Part shown: positions 61,974 through 64,000 of the stretch, piece by piece
Numbering within the stretch: position 1 is the stretch's first letter
How the letters are laid out: each line of letters opens with the position of its first letter
Assembly (NCBI RefSeq): GCF_963676685.1
Contig: NC_092351.1
Location: 76,074,001 to 76,138,000 of the forward strand
Reading direction: 5' to 3'
DNA: 64,000 bases
Source: Mytilus edulis
Taxonomy: Eukaryota
Notes under the pieces: model-generated
The model's database searches: none
What the model was told of the DNA's origin: nothing
Seen by the model: the letters and a program-made list of their open reading frames with translations, nothing else
Translations under genes and position numbers: made by a program

Positions 61974-62066
61974 CCAGCGTTCTTCTAGATTATCAAGCAA
62001 ATTTTTCTCTTGTTCCTTCAATGAGGCAACCACTTGGGCTAATTTACCCATTTTTCTGTGTTCAGT
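61974..62066 (-). CDS. PCM1: PCM1 exon, copy A of duplicated pair
   Basis: TEHRKMGKLAQVVASLKEQEKNLLDNLEERW; ttttag|...|gttagt; phase 0/0. Confidence 0.7.
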
Positions 62067-62580
62067 CTAAAATAGCATAAAATGCAACAATCACAGTGAT
62101 TTTGAAGTCCTCAAATTTTTTGCTAGAAGTAAATTTGGTCCAGTAAACATTTAGTCCTTACGCAACTAATCAGATTTATCGGGCTTTCCCAGATAAAATT
62201 CTAAATTGTTTTTTTTGTCAGTCAGTTTTATGGTTTAATGAGATTTTTACTCAACCACATGTCAAAAGTACTAAATACTGTCACAAAAATAACTTCTGTA
62301 TTTTTTAATGCATTCTTTGTATCCAGTTATTCTTCAAATCGTAATCATTAAACTCACTTATTTTGGGTTTTTTTACAATTAAATATTACAATAAATGCAA
62401 ATAAAAAATTGAACAGTATATACAGTGAGATAAAGTAAACATTTAATCAAATCAACTGATGCTTGTCCATTACCATTGTCATTTACTCGGCTCACATATT
62501 GAGTAAACCATTAGTCCTCCATTTCTAGCAAAGATTAGTTACAATAGGTAACATGGGATTTGATTATACCCCAAACTTAC

Positions 62581-62679
62581 CGGGTTCCCAGACTTGTTCA
62601 GTGCATCTATCATCACATTAGCCTGTTTTATATAGTCTCTTATCTGCATCAATCTTCCTACAATCTCTCCTTGGTTGGG
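62581..62679 (-). CDS. PCM1: PCM1 exon
   Basis: PNQGEIVGRLMQIRDYIKQANVMIDAL; phase 0/0. Confidence 0.93.
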
Positions 62680-63064
62680 CTGGAAAATTAAGTAACAATT
62701 ATAGTCAAGTATTCGGTATGCGTTTGTTTTTTTCATTGTTGAAGACTGTATGGTTGCCTATATAAACTGCTTACAACCACTTCATTGAAATATGTTTGAT
62801 AGTTGTTTCATTGGCAATAAAACCACATCTATTTATTTTTATATCAAAACAAGAAGTTACATTTGTTTAGACTTGTAAATGTTGCAGAAAGCAGGAAGAA
62901 GAACTCTAACAGATCAGAGCTTGCTAAAATTCATCACAGTGGAGCTGCTGACCAAATTTTTCATCATTTGGTTTATTTCTACTGGGCAAATGTGGGATGA
63001 AAATATTAAGATTATTCAAGTAAAATTAAAAGTATCAGAAAATATTATCATGATTAAGTAGGTG

Positions 63065-63200
63065 TCTGAGCCCTCTATAGCTTGCTGTTCGGTGTGAGCC
63101 AAGGCTCTGTGTTCTTTGACCTATTATGGTGAACTGTTTAGAAATTGTGACTTGGATGGAGAGTTGTCTCATTGGCACTCATACCACATCTTCTTTTATC
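63065..63200 (+). repeat. SINE-like 3' fragment; relatives at ~24095, ~24440, ~62740 and (inverted) ~30530, ~35360
   Basis: Shared gagagttgtctcattggca.tcataccacatctt tail. Confidence 0.5.
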
Positions 63201-63223
63201 TATTAACACTTCTGATATCATAC

Positions 63224-63409
63224 CCCAGCTTCAGAAAAGAAGTCATCTACATTATTTGGACTGGCCATATTTCTACCCCTCTGTTGTGACACATCATTTC
63301 TAGGCCCTGCCCCCTCAGTACTGGATGTATCTTGTCTTGTGAAGTTTGGAGGACGTCCACGACGGATTGGAACACTTCTTTCATTGTTTCTCTCACCATC
63401 AAGACTAGC
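63224..63409 (-). CDS. PCM1: PCM1 exon (most 5' in window)
   Basis: ASLDGERNNERSVP...DDFFSEAG; phase 0/0. Confidence 0.85.
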
Positions 63410-64000
63410 CTGAAAAAAAGTAGAAAAGATCATAAATTGTATAGGTAGTGCTAGTAGATATAGGCAATATAATTATAAACCATTAGACTATTAACTTGAA
63501 TCCTCAAATACAAATTAGATACATACAATCATTGGTGTGTGTGTGTTGAGTTGCTGTCTCATTGACATATACAGGTACCTACTGTAGAAACACTAAATTT
63601 CGTGGTTTTGTCTCCTACTCTCTACCAAAAATTTCATGGGGATTTAATTTTGTAGTTTCGAAAAAATGGAAGTGATATTATATAAAAGTTATATTTTATA
63701 ATATAAAATTGATATTATATAATATAAAAGTGATATTATATAAAAGTTAGATTTTCGTGGGGGTTTATTTTCTTTCCACGAAAAAAACGAAATTGAATCC
63801 TCCACAAAAAAAAGAAATAGAATCCTGCACGAAAAAAACGATATTGAATCCTCCATGAAAAAAATTCTGCTTTTAGTCTACTCTGTTGCATTTATTCTTT
63901 CATTTATACTAGTGAGGTTTAAAATGTTGCCTGTTCCTTTGCTATTTGTGTATATTAATTAACTTCATGTACTGATTTTGTGTCATGGATGGATAGGATA

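Larger units (their letters stand above)
18806..63409 (-). other. PCM1: Pericentriolar material 1 gene, 5'-incomplete, 36 exons in window
   Basis: Conserved PCM1 blocks: IVGRLMQIRDYI, TMATWGGST, LFEALREGIYAEVATLISQNENRPHFLIELFRELQKLNTDYLRQRALYA, DCGEDLLVDMSEVLFNELAFFKLMQ; all junctions GT-AG and phase-matched. Confidence 0.95.

Overview
AT-rich, intron-rich eukaryotic DNA. The repeat families and gene structure suggest a bivalve mollusc, probably Mytilus (inference). Two convergent genes are present. (1) On + (1-9345) is the 3' part of a Roco-type gene: end of ROC, COR, a Cys-rich linker and two death domains, in 5 exons, with an apparent frameshift in the first death-domain exon. (2) On - (63409 down to 18806, 5' end outside the window) is PCM1 (pericentriolar material 1), reconstructed as 36 phase-consistent GT-AG exons. 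Introns and the intergenic gap hold many MITEs and non-autonomous DNA transposons (several nested), a decayed piggyBac, LINE and Penelope-like fragments, and retrozyme-like repeats with minimal hammerhead ribozymes. Most notable: a 2.3-kb minisatellite that reiterates a PCM1 3' splice site plus exon start about 33 times and contains frame-preserving 48-nt candidate cassette exons; a duplicated, candidate mutually exclusive PCM1 exon pair; and two intact-looking intronic hammerheads.
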